From the IMG/VR virus record IMGVR_UViG_2690315831_000002: DNA of 37,164 nucleotides; one strand, 5' to 3'. The notes below the pieces were generated by a model. It ran no database searches, was not told the DNA's origin, and worked only from the letters and a program-made list of their open reading frames with translations. This stretch comes from a virus (lineage: Duplodnaviria > Heunggongvirae > Uroviricota > Caudoviricetes). A program made the position numbers and the translations under genes. Positions 1 to 8,782 of the stretch are shown piece after piece. Numbering within the stretch: the first letter of the stretch is position 1; the number at the start of each line of letters is the position of its first letter.

Positions 1-1143
1 CTATGCTGTTTTGATATCTACGATAATCCAGTCTTTACCACGATCATCATTGTATCGGTCGGTCATTTTTCTGGATTTATGGCCTAACAACTTTTGCGTA
101 TCCAGACCCTGTTCCCGATATAACCGTTCTGAGAGAGATCGCTGCTCATGAAATGTGGGCGCAGTTCCTTGCTCCCATTTTATGCCACATTTTTCCCTGG
201 CCTTTTTAAAAGCCGTTGTCAGAGTATTTGCAGAAACCTGGTCTCCTCTGTTTGCTTGAGAGGTAGTGTGACGGTAATGGACCAGATATTTACTAACAAC
301 AGCATCCCTGCACTGAGATATAACTTCACGAAGGGTAATATTCAGAGCATCGCATTTCAGGTTAAGCGGAATAGCAAGTTTTGAACCGGTTTTTTCCTGA
401 GTAATGTGCAACATGTCGTCCCAGATATCAGAGAATTTGAAATTGCAGATATCACCTAAACGTTGTCCAGTAACAAGAGCAAGTAGCATGCCGCATTTTA
501 AATAGGGCTGCCGTCTGCTTACGCTTTCAAATATTGCCTGCCATTCGGGCAGTGACAATCTTTGGCGGTTTACTCGATTTCGCGGTTGTTTTGTTGCCTG
601 CGCTGGGTTAAATCCTGGCGGAACATGTCCTGCGTGTTGTGCTTCTTTGAAGACGTCGATCAACACCATTCTCACGACTTGCGCCATCCTGTTATGACCT
701 TCAGCCTTTACAGCATCAATTATTTCGGCAATATCAAGTGCGGTAATATCCTTGAGGTGTTGCATTCCACAATGCTCACGGAAAAGACGAATGGGTTTGC
801 CTTTTTGCCGATAGGAGTTGGGTCTTAGTTCATTATGTTGCAGCCTGTCCTCCTGGATAGAAATATATTTATCAAGCCATTCTGTCACCGTAATGTCTGA
901 GCGCCTGCCTTTCATTCTTTCCAGACGCTCATTGACGCTTAATATTTGTCGGGTACGTTGTTCAGCAATAATGGTATTTGCTTCAGTAGCAACTTGTTTT
1001 GCTTCATTCTCATCAGTTCCTAAGCTATGAAAACGACCGGATAGTGGATGTTTGTATTGCCAATATACCTTTCCGGTTCGCTTATCTAATTTGCAATATA
1101 AATTGGGTATAGAGATTTTGTGAGATCGGGGTCTAGCAGCCAT
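1..1143 (-). CDS. int: Tyrosine site-specific integrase (lambda Int family, icd-targeting type)
   Basis: 380-aa ORF with stop codon at 1-3; C-terminal catalytic region with R..HxxR..Y pattern ('HEQRSLSERLY', 'GHKSRKMTDRY'); overlaps the downstream xis start as in lambda; the prophage sits at an icd 3' duplication. Confidence 0.9.
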   Translation of the reverse strand: MAARPRSHKISIPNLYCKLDKRTGKVYWQYKHPLSGRFHSLGTDENEAKQVATEANTIIAEQRTRQILSVNERLERMKGRRSDITVTEWLDKYISIQEDRLQHNELRPNSYRQKGKPIRLFREHCGMQHLKDITALDIAEIIDAVKAEGHNRMAQVVRMVLIDVFKEAQHAGHVPPGFNPAQATKQPRNRVNRQRLSLPEWQAIFESVSRRQPYLKCGMLLALVTGQRLGDICNFKFSDIWDDMLHITQEKTGSKLAIPLNLKCDALNITLREVISQCRDAVVSKYLVHYRHTTSQANRGDQVSANTLTTAFKKAREKCGIKWEQGTAPTFHEQRSLSERLYREQGLDTQKLLGHKSRKMTDRYNDDRGKDWIIVDIKTA

Positions 1144-1369
1144 CAGCGATTATCCGTTGGAGTTTTGGGTTTGCGTTTATTGGGAGTTGCGGTTCTGCAA
1201 GCGTTCCTACAAAACGGGAATTTCGGTCAATCATCCAGTAGCGACCAACTTTTATAGCGGGTGGGGCCATCATTTTCCCTTGCGCGTATTTTTTCAGAAC
1301 TCGCTCACTTGGTGCTAAGTCCCCAAATTCTTCTTTAGCCCAGTCCTGTAAAGTGATTAGTCGAGACAT
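1133..1369 (-). CDS. xis: Excisionase
   Basis: 78 aa; N-terminus 'ITLQDWA...' and 'PPAIKVGRYW' resemble lambda Xis ('LTLQEWN...', 'PPPVKDGREY'); position immediately upstream of int with overlapping stop/start. Confidence 0.75.
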   Translation of the reverse strand: MSRLITLQDWAKEEFGDLAPSERVLKKYAQGKMMAPPAIKVGRYWMIDRNSRFVGTLAEPQLPINANPKLQRIIADGC

Positions 1370-1508
1370 TTGTCCTCCTCTTAGCTGCTGAGGGAGTTTG
1401 TGACCGATATATCTGACATGATATTAAGCTCATGGCAGGTACATCTCTTGACTGGTCATAGAGATAAATTTAATGCTGAGAAATGCAGTATTGAATTTAT
1501 CAATTTTT

Positions 1509-1748
1509 CTATTTCCTGCGTATGGCACGTAACTTCTTAATGTGTTCTGCTGTATCGATCTCTTCGGCTATCCGCTCTGATTCCACTTTACTCACAGGTT
1601 CAAAGTCATGATTAAAGCGGAACATGCTGGCGATACATGTTCTGCCTTTTCGGATGTAGTGAACTTTGTTGTGAGTGGAACGCAGGATTTTGCAGGGAGT
1701 GCCGTGGTGGTCGACGTACCAGGTGTTAGGAAAAATGATTCTGAACAT
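1509..1748 (-). CDS. Hypothetical protein (early-left region)
   Basis: 79-aa ORF co-oriented with the int-xis/early-left genes; no recognisable motif. Confidence 0.35.
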   Translation of the reverse strand: MFRIIFPNTWYVDHHGTPCKILRSTHNKVHYIRKGRTCIASMFRFNHDFEPVSKVESERIAEEIDTAEHIKKLRAIRRK

Positions 1749-1795
1749 TTTTACACCTCAGTTGGACGATGTTGAAATTTGCTGCTTTGAGGCCA

Positions 1796-2014
1796 TCACA
1801 ATCCCCATTGTTTGTTCTTAAGTTCGATCTCATCCTGGCAACTTGCACAAGTCCGACAACCCTGAACGGCCAGACGTCTTAGTTCATCTATCGGATCGCC
1901 ACACTCACAACAATGAGTGGCAGATATAGCCTGGTGGTTCAGGCGGTGCATTTTTATTGCTGTGTTGCGCTGTAATTCTTCAATTTCTGATGCTGAATCA
2001 ATGATGTCTGCCAT
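1796..2014 (-). CDS. TraR/DksA-type C4 zinc-finger protein
   Basis: 72 aa with CxxC...CxxC spacing ('CCECGD...CRTCASC'), typical of small phage TraR/DksA-like zinc fingers. Confidence 0.5.
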   Translation of the reverse strand: MADIIDSASEIEELQRNTAIKMHRLNHQAISATHCCECGDPIDELRRLAVQGCRTCASCQDEIELKNKQWGL

Positions 2015-2112
2015 CTTCCATTAATCCCTGAATTGTTGGTTAATACGCTTGAGGGTGAATGCGAACAATAAAAAAGGAGCCTGTAGCTCCCTGATGATTT
2101 TGCTTTTCATGT

Positions 2113-2394
2113 TCACCGTTCCTCAAAGACGCCGTTTAACATACCGATTGCCAGACTTAAGTGAGTCGGTGTGAATCCCATCAGCGTTACCGTTTCGCGG
2201 TGCTTCTTCAGTACGCTACGGCAAATGTCATCGACGTTTTTATCCGGAAACTGCTGTCTGGCTTTTTTGATTTCAGAATTAGCCTGACGGGCAATACTGC
2301 GAAGGGCGTTTTCCTGCTGATGTGTCATTGAACAAGTCCCATGTCGGCAAGCATAAGCACACAGAATATGAAGCCCGCTGCCAGAAAAATGCAT
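2113..2394 (-). CDS. Hypothetical protein (true start may be the internal Met of 'MTHQQENAL')
   Basis: ORF in early-left operon orientation; no motif recognised. Confidence 0.3.
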   Translation of the reverse strand: MHFSGSGLHILCAYACRHGTCSMTHQQENALRSIARQANSEIKKARQQFPDKNVDDICRSVLKKHRETVTLMGFTPTHLSLAIGMLNGVFEER

Positions 2395-2404
2395 TCAGTG
2401 GTTG

Positions 2405-2596
2405 TCATACCTGGTCTCTCTCATCTGCTTCTGCTTTCGCCACCATCATTTCCAGCTTTTGTGAAAGGGATGCGGCTAACGTATGAAATTCTTCGTCTGT
2501 TTCTACTGGTATTGGCACAAACCTGACTCCAATTTGAGCGAGGCTATGTGCCATCTCAATGCTCGTTCTTAACTCAACAGGAGATGCTTTGTGCAT
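2405..2596 (-). CDS. Hypothetical small protein
   Basis: 63-aa ORF between the small-ORF block and exo, same orientation. Confidence 0.3.
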   Translation of the reverse strand: MHKASPVELRTSIEMAHSLAQIGVRFVPIPVETDEEFHTLAASLSQKLEMMVAKAEADERDQV

Positions 2597-2747
2597 ACAG
2601 CTCCCCGTTTATTATTTATCTCCTCAGCCAGCCGCTGTGCTTTCAGGGGATTTCGGGTAACAGAAAGGCCGGGAAATACCCAGCCTCGCTTTGTAACGGA
2701 GTAGACGAAAGTGATCGCGCCTACCCGGATATTATCGTGAGGATGCT

Positions 2748-3428
2748 TCATCGCCATTGCTCCCCAAATACAAAACCAATTTCAGCCAGTGCCTCGTCCA
2801 TTTTTTCGATGAACTCCGGCACCATCTCGTCAAAACTCGCCATGTAATTTTCATCCCGCTCAACCACGACATAATGCAGGCCTTCACGCTTCATTCGTGG
2901 GTCATAGTTGGCAAAGTACCAGGCATCTTTTCGTGTCACCCACATGCTGTACTGCACCTGGGCCATGTAAGCCGACTTTATGGCCTCGAAACCACCGAGC
3001 CGGAACTTCATGAAATCCCGGGAGGTAAACGGGCATTTCAGCTCAAGGCCATTGCCGTCACTGCATAAACCATCGGGAGAGCAGGCGGTGCGCATACTTT
3101 CGTCGCGATAGATGATCGGGGATTCAGTAACATTCACGCCGGAAGTGAATTCAAACAGGGTTCTGGCGTCGTTCTCGTACTGTTTTCCCCACGCCAGCGC
3201 CTTAGCATTAACTTCCGGAGCCACACCGGTGCAAACCTCAGCCAGCAGGGTGTGGAAGTAGGACATTTTCATGTCAGGCCACTTCTTTCCTGAGCGGGGC
3301 TTTGCTATCACGTTGTGAACTTCTGAAGCGGTGATGACGCCGAGCCGTAATTTGTGCCATGCATCATCCCCCTGTTCGACAGCTCTCACGTCGATCCCGG
3401 TACGCTGCAGGATAATGTCCGGTGTCAT
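2748..3428 (-). CDS. exo: Lambda-type 5'-3' exonuclease (Red-alpha, YqaJ family)
   Basis: 226 aa, same length as lambda Exo; translation matches lambda Exo as recalled; followed by bet and gam in the lambda order. Confidence 0.85.
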   Translation of the reverse strand: MTPDIILQRTGIDVRAVEQGDDAWHKLRLGVITASEVHNVIAKPRSGKKWPDMKMSYFHTLLAEVCTGVAPEVNAKALAWGKQYENDARTLFEFTSGVNVTESPIIYRDESMRTACSPDGLCSDGNGLELKCPFTSRDFMKFRLGGFEAIKSAYMAQVQYSMWVTRKDAWYFANYDPRMKREGLHYVVVERDENYMASFDEMVPEFIEKMDEALAEIGFVFGEQWR

Positions 3429-4210
3429 GCTGCCACCTTCTGCTCAGTGGCTTTCTGTTTCAGGAATCCAAGAGCTTTCACTGCTTCGGCCTGTGTCAGT
3501 TCTGACGATGCGCGAATGTCGCGGCGAAATATCTGGGAACAGAGCGGCAATAAGTCGTCATCCCATGTTTTGTCCAGGGCAATCAGCAGAGTGTTAATCT
3601 CCTGCATGGTTTCATCGTTAACCGGAGTGATGTCGCGTTCCGGCTGGCGTTCTGCAGTGTATGCGGTATTTTCGACAATGCGCTCGGCTTCATCCTTGTC
3701 ATAGATACCAGCAAATCCGAAGGCCAGGCGGGCACACTGAATCATGGCTTTATGCCGTAACATCCGTTTGGGATGCGACTGCCACGGGCCGGTGATTTCT
3801 CTGCCTTCGCGGGTTTTGAATGGTTCGCGTCGGCATTCATCCATCCACTCGGTAACGCAGATCGGATGATTACGGTCCTTGCGGTAAATCCGGCATGTAC
3901 AGGATTCATTGTCCTGCTCAAAGTCCATGCCATCAAACTGCTGGTTTTCATTGATGATGCGGGACCAGCCATCAACGCCCACCACCGGAACGATGCCGTT
4001 CTGCTTATCAGGGAAGGCGTAAATTTCTTTCGTCCACGGATTAAGGCCGTATTGGTTGGCGACGATCAGCAATGCGATGAACTGCGCATCGCTGGCATCG
4101 CCTTTAAATGCTGTCTGGCGAAGAGTGGTGATCAGTTCCTGTGGGTCGACAGAATCCATGCCGACACGTTCAGCCAGCTTCCCAGCCAGCGTTGCGAGTG
4201 CTGTACTCAT
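3425..4210 (-). CDS. bet: Red-beta single-strand annealing recombinase
   Basis: 261 aa, same length as lambda Bet; 4-bp overlap with exo; translation matches lambda Bet as recalled. Confidence 0.9.
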   Translation of the reverse strand: MSTALATLAGKLAERVGMDSVDPQELITTLRQTAFKGDASDAQFIALLIVANQYGLNPWTKEIYAFPDKQNGIVPVVGVDGWSRIINENQQFDGMDFEQDNESCTCRIYRKDRNHPICVTEWMDECRREPFKTREGREITGPWQSHPKRMLRHKAMIQCARLAFGFAGIYDKDEAERIVENTAYTAERQPERDITPVNDETMQEINTLLIALDKTWDDDLLPLCSQIFRRDIRASSELTQAEAVKALGFLKQKATEQKVAA

Positions 4211-4215
4211 CCGTT

Positions 4216-4512
4216 TTATACCTCTGAATCAATATCAACCTGGTGGTGAGCAATGGTTTCAACCATGTACCGGATGTGTTCTGCCATGCGCTCCTGAAAC
4301 TCAACATCGTCATCAAACGCACGGGTAATGGCTTTTTTGCTGGCCCCGTGACGTTGCAAATGATCGATGCAGAGTGATTCAAACAGGTGCTGGGGCAGAC
4401 CTTTTTCCATGTCGTCTGCCAGTTCTGCCTCTTTCTCTTCACGGGCGATCTGCTGGTAGTGACGCGCCCAGCTCTGAGCCTCAAGACGATCCTGAATGTA
4501 ATAAGCGTTCAT
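4216..4512 (-). CDS. gam: Gam (RecBCD inhibitor), short form
   Basis: 98 aa '[21 protein letters not shown]...[10 protein letters not shown]' is near-identical to the lambda GamS sequence as recalled. Confidence 0.9.
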   Translation of the reverse strand: MNAYYIQDRLEAQSWARHYQQIAREEKEAELADDMEKGLPQHLFESLCIDHLQRHGASKKAITRAFDDDVEFQERMAEHIRYMVETIAHHQVDIDSEV

Positions 4513-4587
4513 GGCTGAACTCCTGAAAATGGCTGTGAAAATATCGCCCGCGAAATGCCAGGCTGATTAGGAAAACAGGAAAGGGGA

Positions 4588-4998
4588 TTAGTGATTCAGG
4601 CCGTTACCGCGTCCGTCGAGAAAAACTTCCACGAGCAAATCACGGGTATAAGTGCGCTCGATGCCGCGATGCAGATATAGCCGTCCGCGTAAATTAGCTG
4701 ATGCAGTCCAGGTACCATCTTTGTGTTTGACCAGCATTCCTGGCATGACCGCACCTCGATTAACGGTCTGCGTTCCGTAATGTTGATGAACCATAAAAAC
4801 TCCTGCCCGTAAGCTGGGCTGCTGAACATATAGAGACTTCTGCGCGTATTCAGGCGGTGGATGGCCGCCGGTTGTCATAACTAAGTCGCCTCGTTGAAGC
4901 GACTGAGGTATGAAGTGTTGAGTTGATTTCAGCTGGTCACACCGACGTTCACGCGTCCGCTTCACCCCTCGCACTCCCCGGAGCCTGCTGAAATTCAA
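4588..4998 (-). CDS. Hypothetical protein at the first-gene-from-pL position (N-like slot); start uncertain
   Basis: 136-aa ORF immediately downstream (leftward) of the OL-like repeat region; arginine-rich N-terminus '[15 protein letters not shown]'; no confident homology. Confidence 0.3.
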   Translation of the reverse strand: MNFSRLRGVRGVKRTRERRCDQLKSTQHFIPQSLQRGDLVMTTGGHPPPEYAQKSLYVQQPSLRAGVFMVHQHYGTQTVNRGAVMPGMLVKHKDGTWTASANLRGRLYLHRGIERTYTRDLLVEVFLDGRGNGLNH

Positions 4999-5039
4999 GC
5001 TGCGGATCTAAGCGGTCATCGCAACGGTGAAGTTATAAA

Positions 5040-5140
5040 TTTTGTGATACCAACATCGATGCAATAGCATGACAATAGCAATAGCTATTGGTGTGGTCAA
5101 TAGCAATTAGTATTGATAATGTTTGATATACTTGTTCTGA
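5040..5140. promoter_or_regulatory. OL-like operator/promoter region
   Basis: Four 'CAATAGC' half-sites including the 12-bp perfect palindrome 'caatagctattg', plus 'ATTGATAATG'; the same half-site and 'ATTGATAATG' recur in the cI-cro intergenic region. Confidence 0.45.
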
Positions 5141-5381
5141 TTGATAATTAAATGAATTTTTATAAAAAAGAGTATGAAGACTTATTGGTGTGGCTGAAAT
5201 TTGTACAGCTTTAATGTGCCTCGTGACAGAGGGGCATCGGGTTGTGGTGAGCTCGGTAGGTTGGCAGCAAATTTAATCGAATATTGGTAGTCTGAGTTCT
5301 TATGTGTATTTTTTTAGTCAGTTGCTAAATGATACATAAATGACTTATTAGCCCCGCCATCGCTTTGTACGGGGCGTTTAT

Positions 5382-6989
5382 TTAATTTATCTTTTCAACA
5401 TTTCCATGAATCAACAAGTCGTAGGCAAGAAATAGTTTCCTATACTGGGTTTTTAAATTGTCAACGTCGCATGCCTTGAATTGAACAAACGCTTCTTTTT
5501 TAACATAATCTTCAATCTCCTCTTTGGGGATATTTTTTATGTTCTTAATGACTATAGACAATTCTTTGTACTTTTTGAACGTTGCATCCTTTATATCTTT
5601 GATGTTGGTGTAAATTTTATTTGCATTGATTTTATCTAAGGTGATTTTATTGAGCAAGTCGTCTAGTTTTCCGTGGCGTTCAATGCGTTGATTTAGTTTT
5701 AACACATATTTAGCTGGCAAACTTAACTCTTTCAAATTACATGAGGTTATAGTTTTTGAAAATGGAAGTTGTAATGAGTTTACTGAACCTAATATGAAAT
5801 CTATGGCTAATTTATTAGATATTTCATTTTTATTAAATAAGTAGTCTTCAAGATAATTTATTTCTTTAACTTGTGTGAATACATACTTTTTATCGCCTAG
5901 AGCAACAACTAAATTTTTTCCTTGTTTAACACTTTCTTCAAGTCTGTCTAAGTCAGAAGGTGAAACCAATAGAGTATCTAAGTGCCCTTTTTCACCCTCA
6001 TTAATGATAAGTGTTTTAATGGCTCTTTGATACCTTAAAACATCATAAGGTGAGAGCCCTTCATCAACAGCACTGATCTCATCATAGATCTGTTTATAGT
6101 TATCTGTTTTAACAGATGTATATGTAATTTGTAGCTGTTGATCGGTAATCTGTTTTGGTACTACTTCCTGTTCATTCTCTTTATATTCAATCAAAATTAT
6201 TCTTTCAGCTGATTTTCGACCATCTTCTCTAGGTAGTTGTGAGGAAAAATCAGAAAGAAGTTTCTTTACATTCCTGTCAGTTAAAGAATATCCAAGAAAA
6301 ACTATTGGATTTTTAATCATGTTAGATAGTATCTTGGCACTAATGAGTATAGATTTGTTGTCATATTTTTCGTAATCATCTTTATTTATGATTATTGAGT
6401 GTGGATCCTTTATATCACCATGTATTTTGTATAACTCACTCCAGCCAATAGTATCTTCGAAAAAACCATTATTTCCAATATAGAGTTTTGGAATTACATT
6501 TTGCTCTTGAAGTAAATTTTCTATGAAAGCATCATAATTTGTAGTGATGATTATCTTGGCCTTTTTTATTAATGTTTTAAATGATGCTAATTCATCAAGA
6601 TTTACATCCTTTCTGATTGTGTTATTAGAAAATCTTTGGCATATGGCGTATTTAAATGGTGAAATATCTTCACTAAAAACCCTCTTGGCATCTAGTCCAT
6701 TTAATTTTAATTTGCCAGTCCTAAACAATAGATTGTAATCATTTTCAATTTTACTTGCTGCCTCTGTATAAATCTTATGATCGATATCATTATCACTGTT
6801 ATTTTTATGTGATTCTTTTATTGTTAAAAGATAACTATAGAAATCATTTGTGGGATTTGTTATTTTCCAATACTCGTTTAATAGCTCTTCCCACGTTGGG
6901 TAGTTCTCTAAATATCTTTTTGAAATGCCTGAGCCAATAAAGACTATTGGGTAATTTTTGAATTCAAAATTTTTTTTTGACATATCCAT
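5382..6989 (-). CDS. SIR2-like (ThsA-type) putative NAD+ hydrolase with unassigned C-terminal domain; candidate anti-phage effector
   Basis: 535 aa; SIR2 hallmark motifs 'PIVFIGSGIS', 'IITTNYDAFIE', 'YKIHGDIKDP', 'KDDYEKY', 'PIVFLGYSLTDRNV' resemble the Thoeris ThsA SIR2 domain as recalled; very AT-rich versus flanks; sits between OL and cI (lambda rexAB position), co-oriented with cI; GGA 5 nt upstream of ATG. Confidence 0.8.
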   Translation of the reverse strand: MDMSKKNFEFKNYPIVFIGSGISKRYLENYPTWEELLNEYWKITNPTNDFYSYLLTIKESHKNNSDNDIDHKIYTEAASKIENDYNLLFRTGKLKLNGLDAKRVFSEDISPFKYAICQRFSNNTIRKDVNLDELASFKTLIKKAKIIITTNYDAFIENLLQEQNVIPKLYIGNNGFFEDTIGWSELYKIHGDIKDPHSIIINKDDYEKYDNKSILISAKILSNMIKNPIVFLGYSLTDRNVKKLLSDFSSQLPREDGRKSAERIILIEYKENEQEVVPKQITDQQLQITYTSVKTDNYKQIYDEISAVDEGLSPYDVLRYQRAIKTLIINEGEKGHLDTLLVSPSDLDRLEESVKQGKNLVVALGDKKYVFTQVKEINYLEDYLFNKNEISNKLAIDFILGSVNSLQLPFSKTITSCNLKELSLPAKYVLKLNQRIERHGKLDDLLNKITLDKINANKIYTNIKDIKDATFKKYKELSIVIKNIKNIPKEEIEDYVKKEAFVQFKACDVDNLKTQYRKLFLAYDLLIHGNVEKIN

Positions 6990-7095
6990 ATACCTTAAGC
7001 TCTGCTTGAAACATCCATTCTATAAATTATGAGGATGTCAGCATGTCTCACCAAAACATCATCTGGTTATCTTGATGAAATCTGTCATTAATAAT

Positions 7096-7788
7096 CTACC
7101 CATGTTTTCTATATGTCTGTGGCATGCTCCCAATAACTTTCCCAAATATAAATACCCGATTCATTTCGTCTTTTTCTATCGGGTCCCACGGTGAGTAGCT
7201 CTTGTTATCAGAGATAACCAGCAGCTTATCCTTCATCATTTGCAGGCGCTTTACATGGGCTGTGTCGTCGTACAGAAACGCATAGATACCATCACCGTCG
7301 AAAGATTTAACAGTGATATCAACGAACAGAAGATCACCTGGTTCGATCGTTCCTGACATGCTGTCACCGCGTACGTTAATGATGCGGATATTTTCTGCCT
7401 TCCTGCCATCGAACATGTGACGAGCATCGTCAAACGAGTACTCAACCGAGCGTAGGACTTCTACAAACTCACGGTTGATGACACCCGGCCCAGCACTGAC
7501 TTCTATATCAAGAACGTCAATTTTGAAGTATTTGGAATGGTTGACAGCAGGCTTCCCTGATTGTTGACCGTCATTTCTCATCGGGCCTATGCCTGATGAG
7601 AGCCACTCTGTTCGAACACCCAATGCATTAGCTATTTCAACAATTTTTGTTGAGCCGCGTGCGTTGCCGCTTGTCAGTCTCCAGATTGTGGGTTGAGCTA
7701 CGCCAGACGCCTTTGCAAGAGCGCCTTGAGACATTCCAGATTGTTCCATCGCTAGGTTTAAGCGATCAGCAAGAGTTTCTTTTTTCAT
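7096..7788 (-). CDS. cI: CI-type prophage repressor (HTH_XRE + S24 LexA-like autopeptidase)
   Basis: N-terminal HTH 'MSQGALAKASGVAQPTIWRL'; C-terminal S24 signature 'VRGDSMSGTIEPGDLLFVD' plus downstream Lys; divergent from cro; start set at internal ATG ('MKKETLADRL'), the longest ORF would start at TTG 7824. Confidence 0.85.
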   Translation of the reverse strand: MKKETLADRLNLAMEQSGMSQGALAKASGVAQPTIWRLTSGNARGSTKIVEIANALGVRTEWLSSGIGPMRNDGQQSGKPAVNHSKYFKIDVLDIEVSAGPGVINREFVEVLRSVEYSFDDARHMFDGRKAENIRIINVRGDSMSGTIEPGDLLFVDITVKSFDGDGIYAFLYDDTAHVKRLQMMKDKLLVISDNKSYSPWDPIEKDEMNRVFIFGKVIGSMPQTYRKHG

Positions 7789-7898
7789 AAGTTTTAATTT
7801 ATACGCTTGCGTATTGATGGTCAAAACACGTTTTGCTATTGATTGGATTAATACGCATTGCTATTATCCATTCATTGTAATACCAATAGGAATTGATA
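7789..7898. promoter_or_regulatory. OR-like operator region with divergent pRM/pR-type promoters
   Basis: Intergenic between divergent cI and cro; palindrome 'ATACGCttGCGTAT'; 'GCTATTG'/'CAATAG' half-sites and 'ATTGATAATG' shared with the OL-like region. Confidence 0.5.
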
Positions 7899-8126
7899 AT
7901 GACAAATCAAACCATTCAACTCGCAATCAGTATTACAGGTAGTCAAAAACGACTGGCAGATCTATGCGGTGTAGCCCAGCCCACTGTTTGGCGTTGGCTA
8001 CACGGTGGCGGAATTGATGCCCGCTATGTAATGAAAATTGTCTCAGCCACTGGTGGAAAGATTAAACCAGCAGATATTCGTCCCGACCTTGCACCATTGT
8101 TTAACGCGAGTAATTCTGCCGCCTAA
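7899..8126 (+). CDS. cro: Cro/YdaS-like HTH regulator
   Basis: Small HTH protein ('GSQKRLADLCGVAQPTVWRWL') divergent from cI; ATG at 7899 preferred over the TTG at 7893 used by the ORF track. Confidence 0.75.
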   Translation: MTNQTIQLAISITGSQKRLADLCGVAQPTVWRWLHGGGIDARYVMKIVSATGGKIKPADIRPDLAPLFNASNSAA

Positions 8127-8150
8127 ACTGCGGCGTTAACTGATAAGGCA

Positions 8151-8696
8151 ATGACTATGCAACCACTTACATACCAACAGACTAGCGGATTTAGCCCGAC
8201 TGCGGTGATAAATCGTTCTCAAATAAAACAGGTGCCAGGCCACGAAAAAATCCGTGATGCCGTTCGCGCGTGGTCGGCTGCAGATAATCAGGATGTTGTT
8301 GCCGCACTCATTGTGAATGAGTATCGGGAGCAGGGCGGCGGCACCATCGATTTCCCTGATGATGTCAGCCGTGCACGCCAGAAGCTGTTCCGCTTCCTCG
8401 ATAACAAATTCGATTCTGAAAAATACCGAAATAACGTGCGTGAACTGACCCCGGCAATTCTGGCGGTACTACCGCTGGAATATCGCGGCCACCTGGTTGA
8501 GCAGGATAGCTTCATGGCTCGGCTGGCTGAAATGGAAAAGGAACTCTGTGAGGCAAAGCAGGCGGTCATTCTCAACGCACCACGCCACCAGAAACTGAAG
8601 GAAATGAGTGAAGGTATTGTGTCGATGTTTCGTGTGGACCCGGATCTGGCTGGTCCATTAATGGCGATGGTTACCACCATGCTGGGGGCAATATGA
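8151..8696 (+). CDS. YdaT-like regulator (functional CII analogue)
   Basis: 181 aa following the cro-like gene; 'EYREQGGG' and 'LTPAILAVLPLEYRGHL' resemble Rac YdaT ('EEYLRQGGG', 'LIPAILAILPRELRHRL') as recalled. Confidence 0.55.
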   Translation: MTMQPLTYQQTSGFSPTAVINRSQIKQVPGHEKIRDAVRAWSAADNQDVVAALIVNEYREQGGGTIDFPDDVSRARQKLFRFLDNKFDSEKYRNNVRELTPAILAVLPLEYRGHLVEQDSFMARLAEMEKELCEAKQAVILNAPRHQKLKEMSEGIVSMFRVDPDLAGPLMAMVTTMLGAI

Positions 8697-8782
8697 CAGG
8701 TTCAGAAATGGCGAAAGCCGGTCTGCGGGAACAGAGCCGACTTTCAGGTGCAAATCGTAACGCACTCATTGCGGAAGGAATT

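Noticed and set aside
2569-2757. 62-aa ORF overlapping the 2405-2596 ORF and the exo stop region
   Set aside because: Overlaps neighbours at both ends and has no motif or obvious RBS; could be real but evidence is insufficient.
5382-8126. Searched for a TIR-domain (ThsB-like) partner next to the ThsA-like SIR2 gene
   Set aside because: Neighbouring ORFs are cI, cro-like and the early-left genes; no ORF with TIR-like features is present, so a canonical two-gene Thoeris call is not supported.
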